Source: Bacteroidales bacterium (lineage in GTDB: Bacteria > Bacteroidota > Bacteroidia > Bacteroidales > JAADJA01). Taken from it: DNA of 31,271 nt. Of the stretch, positions 7,266 to 15,228 are shown one piece after another. The notes beneath the pieces are model-generated. The model had not been told where the DNA came from and did not search any database. It was given only the letters and a program-made list of their open reading frames with translations. The stretch covers positions 1 to 31,271 of the forward strand of contig DAOVYU010000001.1 in the NCBI GenBank assembly GCA_030635465.1. Reading direction: 5' to 3'. Within the stretch, counting starts at the first letter, position 1. The number at the start of each line of letters is the position of its first letter. The position numbers were made by a program, and so were the translations under genes.

Positions 7266-7588
7266 TTTGTTTTCTTGTGATCTTCTATTCTGTCAACCCG
7301 TTCTTTAAGTGCATCTAATTCAACATCGTGTTCAGCTCTCGGCACAAATGTTTCTATTTTTTTACTTAGAGGCATATGTACCCCTACATCATCTACGTGT
7401 TTATTCAATATAATCCAATCTGCATCGGTTTTCATAACTGCGTTTTTCTGTAATGCTTCTATATTATCATCTGTTTTTTGTTTCCAAAACAGACCATTCG
7501 CCCCTATTGTCAGTAACAAAATTAAATTTGCCAATCCAACATACTTAATAAAATTATTTTTAAAATATACTTGGGCTGATTCTTTCAT
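7262..7588 (-). CDS. Single-TM lysis-cassette membrane protein
   Basis: TM YVGLANLILLLTIGANGLFW with a C-terminal short coiled coil; ATGA-type overlap with the downstream gene. Confidence 0.6.
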   Translation of the reverse strand: MKESAQVYFKNNFIKYVGLANLILLLTIGANGLFWKQKTDDNIEALQKNAVMKTDADWIILNKHVDDVGVHMPLSKKIETFVPRAEHDVELDALKERVDRIEDHKKTK

Positions 7589-7989
7589 AAATTCTTATAT
7601 TCATGTTTAGCATTAAATGAAGGGCAATATTTCTGAACACCCGCAAAATCCCGATGGCCTAAAACCTTTGCTTTTCTGAATATTCTTTTAAGAGTTGCCA
7701 CTAAATAAACAAGCGATGCTTTTTGTTGTGTCGTACGTGTATCTAAACCGCCTTTTCCTCCAATGTAACACACTCCTACACTGTTTTGGTTGTGACCCTT
7801 GACATGAGCCCCAGCAGTGTTTAAATCACGCCCTAATTGAATCGTACCGTCTAATAAAATAACGTAGTGATAACCCACATCTTTCCAGTTATTTTCTTCA
7901 ATATGCCATTTACGAATATCATCAAGATCAAAATGCACATCCTTTGGGGTGTCCGCACAATGAATTACTATTTGATTTATTGTTCTCAT
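7585..7989 (-). CDS. Endolysin, N-acetylmuramoyl-L-alanine amidase (Amidase_2, T7 gp3.5-like)
   Basis: IVIHCA, GYHY, GAHVKGHN..SVGVCYIGG, GHRD and CPSF zinc-amidase motifs. Confidence 0.95.
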   Translation of the reverse strand: MRTINQIVIHCADTPKDVHFDLDDIRKWHIEENNWKDVGYHYVILLDGTIQLGRDLNTAGAHVKGHNQNSVGVCYIGGKGGLDTRTTQQKASLVYLVATLKRIFRKAKVLGHRDFAGVQKYCPSFNAKHEYKNL

Positions 7990-8015
7990 TTTAATGCTGT
8001 TTTTATATTAAATTA

Positions 8016-8089
8016 AGGGCAGTATCTCAACCATTTGTGTTTTCTTACTATCACAATTCTTACTGAAGAATGGCTAAAATATCTGCCCT
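8016..8089 (-). promoter_or_regulatory. Long RNA hairpin upstream of the endolysin
   Basis: AGGGCAG(A)UAUUUUAGCCAUU pairs with AAUGGUUGAGAUACUGCCCU: 20 bp including G-U pairs, one bulge. Confidence 0.6.
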
Positions 8090-8094
8090 ATTCC

Positions 8095-8343
8095 TCATAT
8101 CACTAACTTAAACAATCCTAACAATTTCATAATAATAACACCTAATGCAGCAAAAAAAGCCCCTGCAAAAGTAGCCTTACCAATGATAACCTTTTTATCA
8201 GTTTTAAAGTTTCCAATGTCCCTAGTATTGATTTCAACTTGTTTAACAATACCGTTTTGTCCTGTTTTATCATTATTTTCCAACAGACCTTTAATGTACT
8301 GTATCTCTGACATTATAACATCTAATTTTTCATCTTGTTTCAT
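8095..8343 (-). CDS. Holin-like protein (coiled coil plus C-terminal TM)
   Basis: Hydrophilic N-terminal two-thirds, TM ATFAGAFFAALGVIIMKLL; directly upstream of the endolysin. Confidence 0.55.
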   Translation of the reverse strand: MKQDEKLDVIMSEIQYIKGLLENNDKTGQNGIVKQVEINTRDIGNFKTDKKVIIGKATFAGAFFAALGVIIMKLLGLFKLVI

Positions 8344-8770
8344 TGAATTTATTTTTTGCTATTTTACTTAATCTTTTAAAATTATAATACGATGCTAAAA
8401 ATACCACCGTTACCATTACCAAGTCCATTATTCTGTACCCTCTTACATCATACAAACGTCTGTCTATAACATTAGATACAGCCAATCCTATTCCAACATC
8501 CATTATAAACCTTTCAATCAATTTCAACCTTACATTGTCATTTGGTTTTTGTGCTGCCAGTATAAAACACAAAGCAACTACAAAAGCATATATATCAATC
8601 TTCAACATCCACCAAAGCTCAATACTATTTTCATCATCCATAGGGTAGAAATAATTGCATATATGATAGTTCGATAAAAAAAATACAATTATTAATGATA
8701 TTAGAGCTATACGCTTATATAATTCAACCTTTTTTCTTAGGATATTTCGGATTGTCAGGATCCACCACAT
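8330..8770 (-). CDS. Four-TM membrane protein
   Basis: Four hydrophobic segments; start uncertain because it overlaps the peptide ORF 8724-8837. Confidence 0.7.
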   Translation of the reverse strand: MWWILTIRNILRKKVELYKRIALISLIIVFFLSNYHICNYFYPMDDENSIELWWMLKIDIYAFVVALCFILAAQKPNDNVRLKLIERFIMDVGIGLAVSNVIDRRLYDVRGYRIMDLVMVTVVFLASYYNFKRLSKIAKNKFNETR

Positions 8771-8837
8771 CTTCTTCTTGTGTTTGAATTACTTGTTCTT
8801 TTTTTTCTTCCTCTTCTTTTTTGTCCTTGTCCTTCAT
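8724..8837 (-). CDS. Charged 37-aa peptide missed by the ORF track
   Basis: MKDKDKKEEEEKKEQVIQTQEEDVVDPDNPKYPKKKG; starts 4 nt after the CAP gene stop. Confidence 0.65.
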   Translation of the reverse strand: MKDKDKKEEEEKKEQVIQTQEEDVVDPDNPKYPKKKG

Positions 8838-8841
8838 GGTT

Positions 8842-9360
8842 TTAAACTTTAGTTAAACTCTTTCTATTTGCGAATATCATACAGTTAAATATTTTGTTAT
8901 TTACAATAATCGTATGAGATCCAAAATGTGTATATTTTTTATCCTCAATCGTTTCTCTGTGGCCTTTACTCCTTAGATAAGCATCAAATGTTCGCTTTAT
9001 ACCACCTCGCCAGGTAGTTGTACATTCTCCAACTTTCTTAAAGCCATACTCCCGGATATCATCTGCTCTCTTTAAACCAAAATCATGACTTGCTTTATCC
9101 TTACTGACCATATATTTACAATGTTTAACCGCAAATTCAGTCAATATCCGATCTGAAATTACTTTCCCGGTATTGTCTCTTATTCTATGATCATTTACTC
9201 GATCATGAAATTCCTTATCGTTACCACTATATTCAATAGTTTCCGGGGTGTAAGGTTTTTGCTTGATAGTTTTTTTCTTTGGCTTTTTCTTATTTACCAA
9301 ATATCTTTGACCAAAAAATAACACCAAAGCTATTCCTACAACAATTATTATTGTTTTCAT
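8842..9360 (-). CDS. Membrane-anchored CAP/SCP-domain protein
   Basis: N-terminal TM; VN.HR, A..H..YM, SH, VGE, S.GHR..I and YTH.G CAP motifs. Confidence 0.85.
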   Translation of the reverse strand: MKTIIIVVGIALVLFFGQRYLVNKKKPKKKTIKQKPYTPETIEYSGNDKEFHDRVNDHRIRDNTGKVISDRILTEFAVKHCKYMVSKDKASHDFGLKRADDIREYGFKKVGECTTTWRGGIKRTFDAYLRSKGHRETIEDKKYTHFGSHTIIVNNKIFNCMIFANRKSLTKV

Positions 9361-9689
9361 GATTTATCAATTTTTTGTTTGATTTTTTTCTTGATGAAAA
9401 ACATTACAGTTGAGGGTGCATAACCTGTAATTATGTAAACAACATGCCCATTAATTTCAAACCCTGTAAGCTTTATTAATATCGGCAATAAAAACATCAA
9501 TCCAATTGCTAAAAAAATTGCAAGAAACAATCTTTGAGCATCCTTTTGAGTGAATGTTACCCCAATGAAGGAAAAATATATAGTTCCTCCTTTTTCTTGT
9601 TTGCCTACAAAAGCATTTTGAAATTCAGCAATTAAAAATCCCAAAAGAACCAATCCTAAAACCGTTAGTATCTGTAAAATAGTTTCCAT
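9357..9689 (-). CDS. Three-TM holin-like protein
   Basis: Three hydrophobic segments and a basic C-terminus (KKKIKQKIDKS). Confidence 0.55.
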   Translation of the reverse strand: METILQILTVLGLVLLGFLIAEFQNAFVGKQEKGGTIYFSFIGVTFTQKDAQRLFLAIFLAIGLMFLLPILIKLTGFEINGHVVYIITGYAPSTVMFFIKKKIKQKIDKS

Positions 9690-9705
9690 AATTTATCTAA
9701 TTTAA

Positions 9706-10308
9706 TTAATAATTTTCGTTAATATAATCATTTATAATTTGTTTTGCCTTGTCTAATATAGCCAACATCTTTGTATTTGTAGGCGGTGTAATCACATCTA
9801 ATCGACTTTTAGCAACTTTCCATAGTCCTAGTTCCAAAGGTAATAAAGCGTCAAATAACGTGTTGCTAATGCCCTCAAATTGGTTATTCGTTAGATTCCC
9901 GGAATCATATTCACGCATGACCCTATCCCAAATACGTTTATTCCATAACTGGCCATCTGATTTATAATCAAGTAATTTATTAGCAGAATTATCATTATCT
10001 AATTGGGTTTGATCGTAAGCATCAATTTCAGCTTGTGTAAAGTCTTTAATTGCATAAGTGAACACATCATTAACAGTATCCATATAAATAGTGTCACGCT
10101 TTTGATATTGAGTCAAATTGGGTTGTACAATATCCCTAAAACCAAGCGCATACAAATCGCTTTCAGTACTCGCTCTAAAATTGATTGTGTTATTCCAAAC
10201 TTTAGGAAGTGTGTTAAAAACTCTGATTTGTCCATTTATCTCAATGGCTTTCTGTCCGAATGCAATACCCGAAATCAGTAATGCAATTATTAAAAGTAGT
10301 TTTTTCAT
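9706..10308 (-). CDS. Signal-peptide protein with tail-fibre-assembly-chaperone-like N-domain (start revised from 10329)
   Basis: MKKLLLIIALLISGIAFG|Q; 'LGFRDIVQP...DVFTYAIKDFTQAEID'; ATG at 10308 leaves a 10-nt gap after the upstream stop. Confidence 0.65.
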   Translation of the reverse strand: MKKLLLIIALLISGIAFGQKAIEINGQIRVFNTLPKVWNNTINFRASTESDLYALGFRDIVQPNLTQYQKRDTIYMDTVNDVFTYAIKDFTQAEIDAYDQTQLDNDNSANKLLDYKSDGQLWNKRIWDRVMREYDSGNLTNNQFEGISNTLFDALLPLELGLWKVAKSRLDVITPPTNTKMLAILDKAKQIINDYINENY

Positions 10309-10318
10309 TTTATTTATT

Positions 10319-11200
10319 TTAAAGTCCATATTGATGCACTAAATCTATTGAAAATGATGTTGTATAAATTTTTGTACCATCAGGTTTAACATCCATTCCT
10401 CTCGGATTATTAGCTTCACTAGAAATGTCTAATAATTTAGAATCATAAGTCTTACTTGTAATATCCCACGGTGTAGATAATATCCATTGTTCCACGGCTT
10501 CAGTACTATTCATAATCACCCAAAATTTTAACCCTGTCGGTGAAATAGCACAATCAAAAGGGGTATCACCTGGGCTATCTGCCCACGCCCCACTATTTGA
10601 AGTTGATGATAAATCACTTATATCATACGGGGTGCCTGTTGAATGTCTATAAATTAAATTTGCGCTTGTGCCTGTCAAATATACATCAAGGCCACCATTA
10701 CCCCAAAACATCCCATACATCCATGTAACCCCGTGAGAATAACTTACACTATCATAAGTAGCTGTATCTAAATCTCCTGGTGTTGAACATGAAAATTGAT
10801 ATAATGTCGTCTGTGTAGCAAGTATAACATTAGAACCTCCATTATACCATGTTAAACTCGTAAATGCTGAAGCTCCGGTTATCGTTATTTCAGCATTATA
10901 GGTAACAGTTCCTAAATCATAATCGACAGTTGGTAAATTCTCATAGATTATTGCTCCACCGTTTTTAATTGTATTGAGTATCGATCCGTCAGGATTCCAT
11001 CTTGCACCAAATGGAGCCGTATTTGGACTTGTAGCAAATGATTTACTATCATAACTGAATAAATCAATATCAGGCCATTCAGTAACGCCATCTACTACTT
11101 GAGGTAATATTTTATTCCCTAAAACTTGTGAGTAACTTGTAAATGAAATTGACGTTATCAGTAATAACGATAATAATATATTTCTGAAAAGTGTTTTCAT
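10319..11200 (-). CDS. Signal-peptide beta-propeller protein (adhesin-like)
   Basis: MKTLFRNILLSLLLITSISFTSYS|Q; repeated blades (.PDG..., TPGDLDTATY, TPYDIS, TPWDITSKTY). Confidence 0.75.
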   Translation of the reverse strand: MKTLFRNILLSLLLITSISFTSYSQVLGNKILPQVVDGVTEWPDIDLFSYDSKSFATSPNTAPFGARWNPDGSILNTIKNGGAIIYENLPTVDYDLGTVTYNAEITITGASAFTSLTWYNGGSNVILATQTTLYQFSCSTPGDLDTATYDSVSYSHGVTWMYGMFWGNGGLDVYLTGTSANLIYRHSTGTPYDISDLSSTSNSGAWADSPGDTPFDCAISPTGLKFWVIMNSTEAVEQWILSTPWDITSKTYDSKLLDISSEANNPRGMDVKPDGTKIYTTSFSIDLVHQYGL

Positions 11201-11204
11201 AATC

Positions 11205-13619
11205 TTAATAGTTTATTAGTCCGGCCACGAATGTCGGAGTTGCCGAATCATGACAATATATTTGAATTACATTGGTTTTTGTGCCATCATAAGCACTCAG
11301 ATCACCTTTTACACCTGTTGGTAAAGTCAATGTATAGTCCCCGTCAATGATTAAACTGATTGTTTTGCCCTCCTGTACATCTGAGAATGTTAATGTGGTA
11401 TTTGCAACTAAGGTCTTTTCGAATTGTATTCCTAAATCCCAATCTACAACTGTACCAGATAAAGCAGAAGTTGCTTTTAATTCTGTTTTCAGTTCAGCAA
11501 CCCCAACGGCAAGAGCCTGCCATATTAACCCGGTAGTTTCTCCTGAAGCAGCAGTTAATATATAATCATTTGTGCCAACTGGCAAACGTGCATCAACAGT
11601 GCTGTATGTAAATAAGTCCCCTTTTGTTGTTAAAGGACTTGAAAATATATCACTTGTAAATGCTAATGTTCCGCTTCCATCCTGGAATGTATATGTCCTA
11701 TCTGCTGTATTTGTATTTGTAAATAACCCATTAAAAGTATCTGCAACATTTCTTAATTTGAAAGTCCCATCATCAAATGTTTTTGCTCCTGTGACGCTTT
11801 GTGCTCCATCCGTAAACATGACATTATCTACAAACTCAAGTGCATTTTCAGCACCGGCAACAGCAACAATTTTACCTCCTTGACTTGAATAAGATGAAGG
11901 TGTATCCGTATGAGCTGAAAATGTGGTGTGCCCACCGCCACCGCCACCACCACCGCCACCGGCAGATGTATTTGGAACTTGACCTCTTAAATCTTCAGTA
12001 TCATATAATTCCCAATCTGTACCATTGGCTTGTAGAACATAAGTGAATCTAGCTATTAGGAAACCTTTACCCTTAAAAGGTGCTGGTATATCATACACTG
12101 AATAATTTAATCCATCCGATACAGCATCATCAGGTGATGTTTTAGCATATGCATCTGTTGGTAAATTTATCATTAAATGGCTTGCTTCTCCTGTTTTATT
12201 TTGAACACCCCACAATACAAAACTAAAACTTGAATTAGCTAATGTAACACCTAAAGCATCTGATGTTTGAGCATTTAAATTAGTTACATCTACATATGGT
12301 GTTGTGAAGTGATTAGCAATATGTACATCATCGCTGACTTCGATATCCATTGCCGGAAATGTCTGTTTATGTAATTGATATATAACACCTGATGTATTTG
12401 AAACATAAACATTACTCGCTGTTGGAGAATCTACAGTACATGTTCCTACCGCCCCACTACTCCATGACGCAGGATCTTGTCTTAGACGTTCCCCAAGATG
12501 TAATATATGCCCATTGTCTCCTACTATTTTAATACGGTCATTCCAATTTCTATTTACTAAAGGGTCATCTTCTTGTACCTTTGAAGCACTTTGTACAAAT
12601 ACATCTGCTAATTTTATATGTTCTGCTACTGGAAATCCACTCGTGCTTACGGTCAATACTTTAGTAGATTCAGGAATGTAAATATAATTTATTTGTGGAT
12701 TTGTGTCAGTACCAGCGGTTAAAGAAATAGTTTCAGGTGGAGTACAATCTAAATTAGTGAATCCGTCACTAAATACCATTGTTAAATCACCGCCTCCTGT
12801 TTGCTCTAAAGATCCTGTAATAGTTGCACCGTCACTTGATACAGTAAAATCTACATTCTGTCTAAAAGACCCATCCCAGGCACTATTAAATGTATCTGCA
12901 ATTACATTTGTAAAATTAATAGCTACTTGCCCTTCTGTTGCATGAATTTTCAATGCTCCACCAATTAATAATGCATATGAAGGGAATTCAGGTCTTACAT
13001 CAGTAAAATCCCCAGCTACTGCATCTGATAGATATAAATCAGCCCCCGGTGCAATACCATCTGTATCAACATCACTGACCCGACCCATTCTAGTTCCCAT
13101 ACCTAAAGCTCCATTAGCCATAGTATTGGTTGCCATAAATAATGTGCCTTCACAAGTTGAGTGATCGTCTGCTTTGGCTAAAATAACAGTTGGTATTATT
13201 TCAGAACCTACAATCGTTGCTCCAGTTGGTTTTACTATTTTTCCATTTGGAATTTCAACACCAGTATCATTATATATGAGAAAATAAAACTCCTGTCCAA
13301 CTTGTAATATTGGCCCTAATCCTGTTGGAATATTCAATGTATGAAAATCAGTATTCCATGTTACGGATTCACCATCATTAAAAGTCACACTATCTAATGG
13401 GAAATCATTTATATCGGCTTTTAATTTATCAATAAAATCAGATGTTTTTATCCATTTCATTGCTTTATCGGACTCCATAACGAGTATGCTATCAATCTGC
13501 GTACCCTCTGTTATACCCGATAGTGTTGTAGGTAAACTAATATCATTTACTTGTGAAAATCCCGTAAACATTACGAGGATCATCGCTAAGGTTGTAAATA
13601 GTTTCTTAATTGTTTTCAT
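11205..13619 (-). CDS. Signal-peptide-bearing tail-fibre-like protein (804 aa)
   Basis: MKTIKKLFTTLAMILVMFTGFS|Q; fibre-type motifs WN..FHTLNI..G.ILQVGQE, TF...TDTPSSY..QGGKIVAV...ENALEF, AQSVTGAKTF, KGDLFTY....ARLPVGT; C-terminal adaptor-like domain. Confidence 0.7.
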   Translation of the reverse strand: MKTIKKLFTTLAMILVMFTGFSQVNDISLPTTLSGITEGTQIDSILVMESDKAMKWIKTSDFIDKLKADINDFPLDSVTFNDGESVTWNTDFHTLNIPTGLGPILQVGQEFYFLIYNDTGVEIPNGKIVKPTGATIVGSEIIPTVILAKADDHSTCEGTLFMATNTMANGALGMGTRMGRVSDVDTDGIAPGADLYLSDAVAGDFTDVRPEFPSYALLIGGALKIHATEGQVAINFTNVIADTFNSAWDGSFRQNVDFTVSSDGATITGSLEQTGGGDLTMVFSDGFTNLDCTPPETISLTAGTDTNPQINYIYIPESTKVLTVSTSGFPVAEHIKLADVFVQSASKVQEDDPLVNRNWNDRIKIVGDNGHILHLGERLRQDPASWSSGAVGTCTVDSPTASNVYVSNTSGVIYQLHKQTFPAMDIEVSDDVHIANHFTTPYVDVTNLNAQTSDALGVTLANSSFSFVLWGVQNKTGEASHLMINLPTDAYAKTSPDDAVSDGLNYSVYDIPAPFKGKGFLIARFTYVLQANGTDWELYDTEDLRGQVPNTSAGGGGGGGGGGHTTFSAHTDTPSSYSSQGGKIVAVAGAENALEFVDNVMFTDGAQSVTGAKTFDDGTFKLRNVADTFNGLFTNTNTADRTYTFQDGSGTLAFTSDIFSSPLTTKGDLFTYSTVDARLPVGTNDYILTAASGETTGLIWQALAVGVAELKTELKATSALSGTVVDWDLGIQFEKTLVANTTLTFSDVQEGKTISLIIDGDYTLTLPTGVKGDLSAYDGTKTNVIQIYCHDSATPTFVAGLINY
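11931..11960 (-). repeat. Ten tandem Gly codons (GGN)10
   Basis: Plus strand ccc acc gcc acc gcc acc acc acc gcc acc, encoding G10 in the 804-aa protein. Confidence 0.95.
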
Positions 13620-13629
13620 ATCTTATATT

Positions 13630-14985
13630 TTAAATTAATGCCAAACTTCCGATTGGGTTAAATGGTACCCAACTACCAACAAGGTCTTTATCACCAGCCT
13701 TTTTGAATGCTGCCGGCCACCAGGTCGTAGTATCCCAGAATCCACTATAAATTATATCATTATCTTCTATTGTCGATGCAAATGAAGGATTACTGTTATC
13801 AGGATGTTTCCTTAAACTAAAGCCATTTCCATTCACTGTTACTGTTGGGGCTGCACTGATAATTAAATCATTCAAAGTCTGGAAAGCAATCTGAGCGTTA
13901 ACATCTGCTGAACTTAAATTATTACCAAAACTGCTCACATCAAGTGAAACATCTTCACCTGTTATTCCTACAGGATCAGGAGTTTCTCCACCAATTTGTA
14001 CATAGATTTTATCGACTTGGTACAATATTTTGTTTGTTGATTTATTCCAGAATACAATTTTATCAAATGCGGTTCCACCAAAAATACCAAACATTTGTTT
14101 GAATAAATATACTTCCTGTTCAGTTACAAGATCATTGACATTTATCATGTTTTTATTTATGACAATCGTATCATTTATTAGTGTAACACCGCTAAATAAT
14201 TGTACTTGGATGTGATCATTACCCCAGGCTCTTAAACTCTGAATACTTAATTTAATAAAATCAAAAGTAGAGATTTGTACCGGTGTTGAGTTGAACAATG
14301 AGAATTCATCATTGGTATTTAGATCATCAATCGTTTTAATAGACACAGTTCCTTCAATTGGGGCATCTGTATTCGCTAAATCGATTCTTGCAGCACTTGT
14401 ATTTTCTGCTGTGTCAGATTCACCTCCTACTTCCTGTAGGTTTTCTAAATACCAGGTTTGAGTATCTATATTTGATGGTTCTGTTGATTGTCCTGGTATC
14501 TCAGCAAATGTTAATTCTACTTGTGAGCTAGTCTCAACGAGTGGCTTAATTGGAGCAGGGCCAACAGCGCTTTCTATAACGTCTATTAATCCTGCATCAT
14601 CGCCATATATTGTATCAATTCTGTTATTTGTTATTATTGGGTCAGAGTCCGATAAAACAATAGTAAATCCATGAGAATAAAATAAAATATTATTCAATCG
14701 ATATACTAAATTTACTGTTTTATATGTGAACCCACCTACATGAACAATATTACCACTTACTCTTCCATTCTTACCAACACTGTTTGCATCCAATACCGCT
14801 GCGTCTATTATCTGCTGAGCATTGATATACTGGCTTATTCCATTTACTTCAACCCGAATAGCAGATGAACTATTAAAATTTGTTTGAAAAGGGAAATCAG
14901 TTGTCTTTTTAATACTGGCTATGAGCGTATTGAGAGACAACGTTATGTCTGATAATTGCTGTAAAATTAATTTATACTCATCCAT
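13630..14985 (-). CDS. Tail/fibre-associated protein, possibly with a carbohydrate-binding jelly-roll domain
   Basis: Position among tail genes; beta-rich middle (FDFIKLSIQS...IQVQLFSG...FDKIVF); acidic. Confidence 0.55.
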   Translation of the reverse strand: MDEYKLILQQLSDITLSLNTLIASIKKTTDFPFQTNFNSSSAIRVEVNGISQYINAQQIIDAAVLDANSVGKNGRVSGNIVHVGGFTYKTVNLVYRLNNILFYSHGFTIVLSDSDPIITNNRIDTIYGDDAGLIDVIESAVGPAPIKPLVETSSQVELTFAEIPGQSTEPSNIDTQTWYLENLQEVGGESDTAENTSAARIDLANTDAPIEGTVSIKTIDDLNTNDEFSLFNSTPVQISTFDFIKLSIQSLRAWGNDHIQVQLFSGVTLINDTIVINKNMINVNDLVTEQEVYLFKQMFGIFGGTAFDKIVFWNKSTNKILYQVDKIYVQIGGETPDPVGITGEDVSLDVSSFGNNLSSADVNAQIAFQTLNDLIISAAPTVTVNGNGFSLRKHPDNSNPSFASTIEDNDIIYSGFWDTTTWWPAAFKKAGDKDLVGSWVPFNPIGSLALI

Positions 14986-14995
14986 GGCTTCTAAT

Positions 14996-15027
14996 ATTGT
15001 GTAAATTTAAATATATCATTACATTTG
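14996..15027 (+). promoter_or_regulatory. Promoter of the lone plus-strand gene
   Basis: ATTG (14996-14999), 20-nt spacer, TACATTTG (15020-15027). Confidence 0.7.
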
Positions 15028-15030
15028 TAT

Positions 15031-15228
15031 ATGATTTTGTTCAATCTCATGATTCTATTACCTTTAGTCGGTTTTTTTATCGGCAGATCAATCGGTAATT
15101 TACTAACTCCTAAATCTCAAAACTCTCAAAACAATGATTCAAATAACGTAGTCATTCATAATCATATCACTGAAAATCATCTTCATGTTACCGATGAACA
15201 AATAAAATCCATCGCTTCTAAAAATTAA
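15031..15228 (+). CDS. Small single-TM moron-like protein (65 aa), antisense to the tail operon
   Basis: TM ILFNLMILLPLVGFFIG; His-rich IHNHITENHLHV; fills an exact intergenic gap; own promoter; stop overlaps the convergent stop in TTAA. Confidence 0.75.
   Translation: MILFNLMILLPLVGFFIGRSIGNLLTPKSQNSQNNDSNNVVIHNHITENHLHVTDEQIKSIASKN

Noticed and set aside
8016-8089. Hammerhead ribozyme or tRNA
   Set aside because: No CUGANGA/GAAA core in the right arrangement; no cloverleaf, T-loop or CCA. No tRNA was recognised in the intergenic regions I read
9706-13619. T9SS-secreted or lipoprotein host genes inserted in the phage
   Set aside because: No lipobox Cys and no T9SS C-terminal domain; the proteins carry phage fibre motifs and are tightly packed in the tail operon
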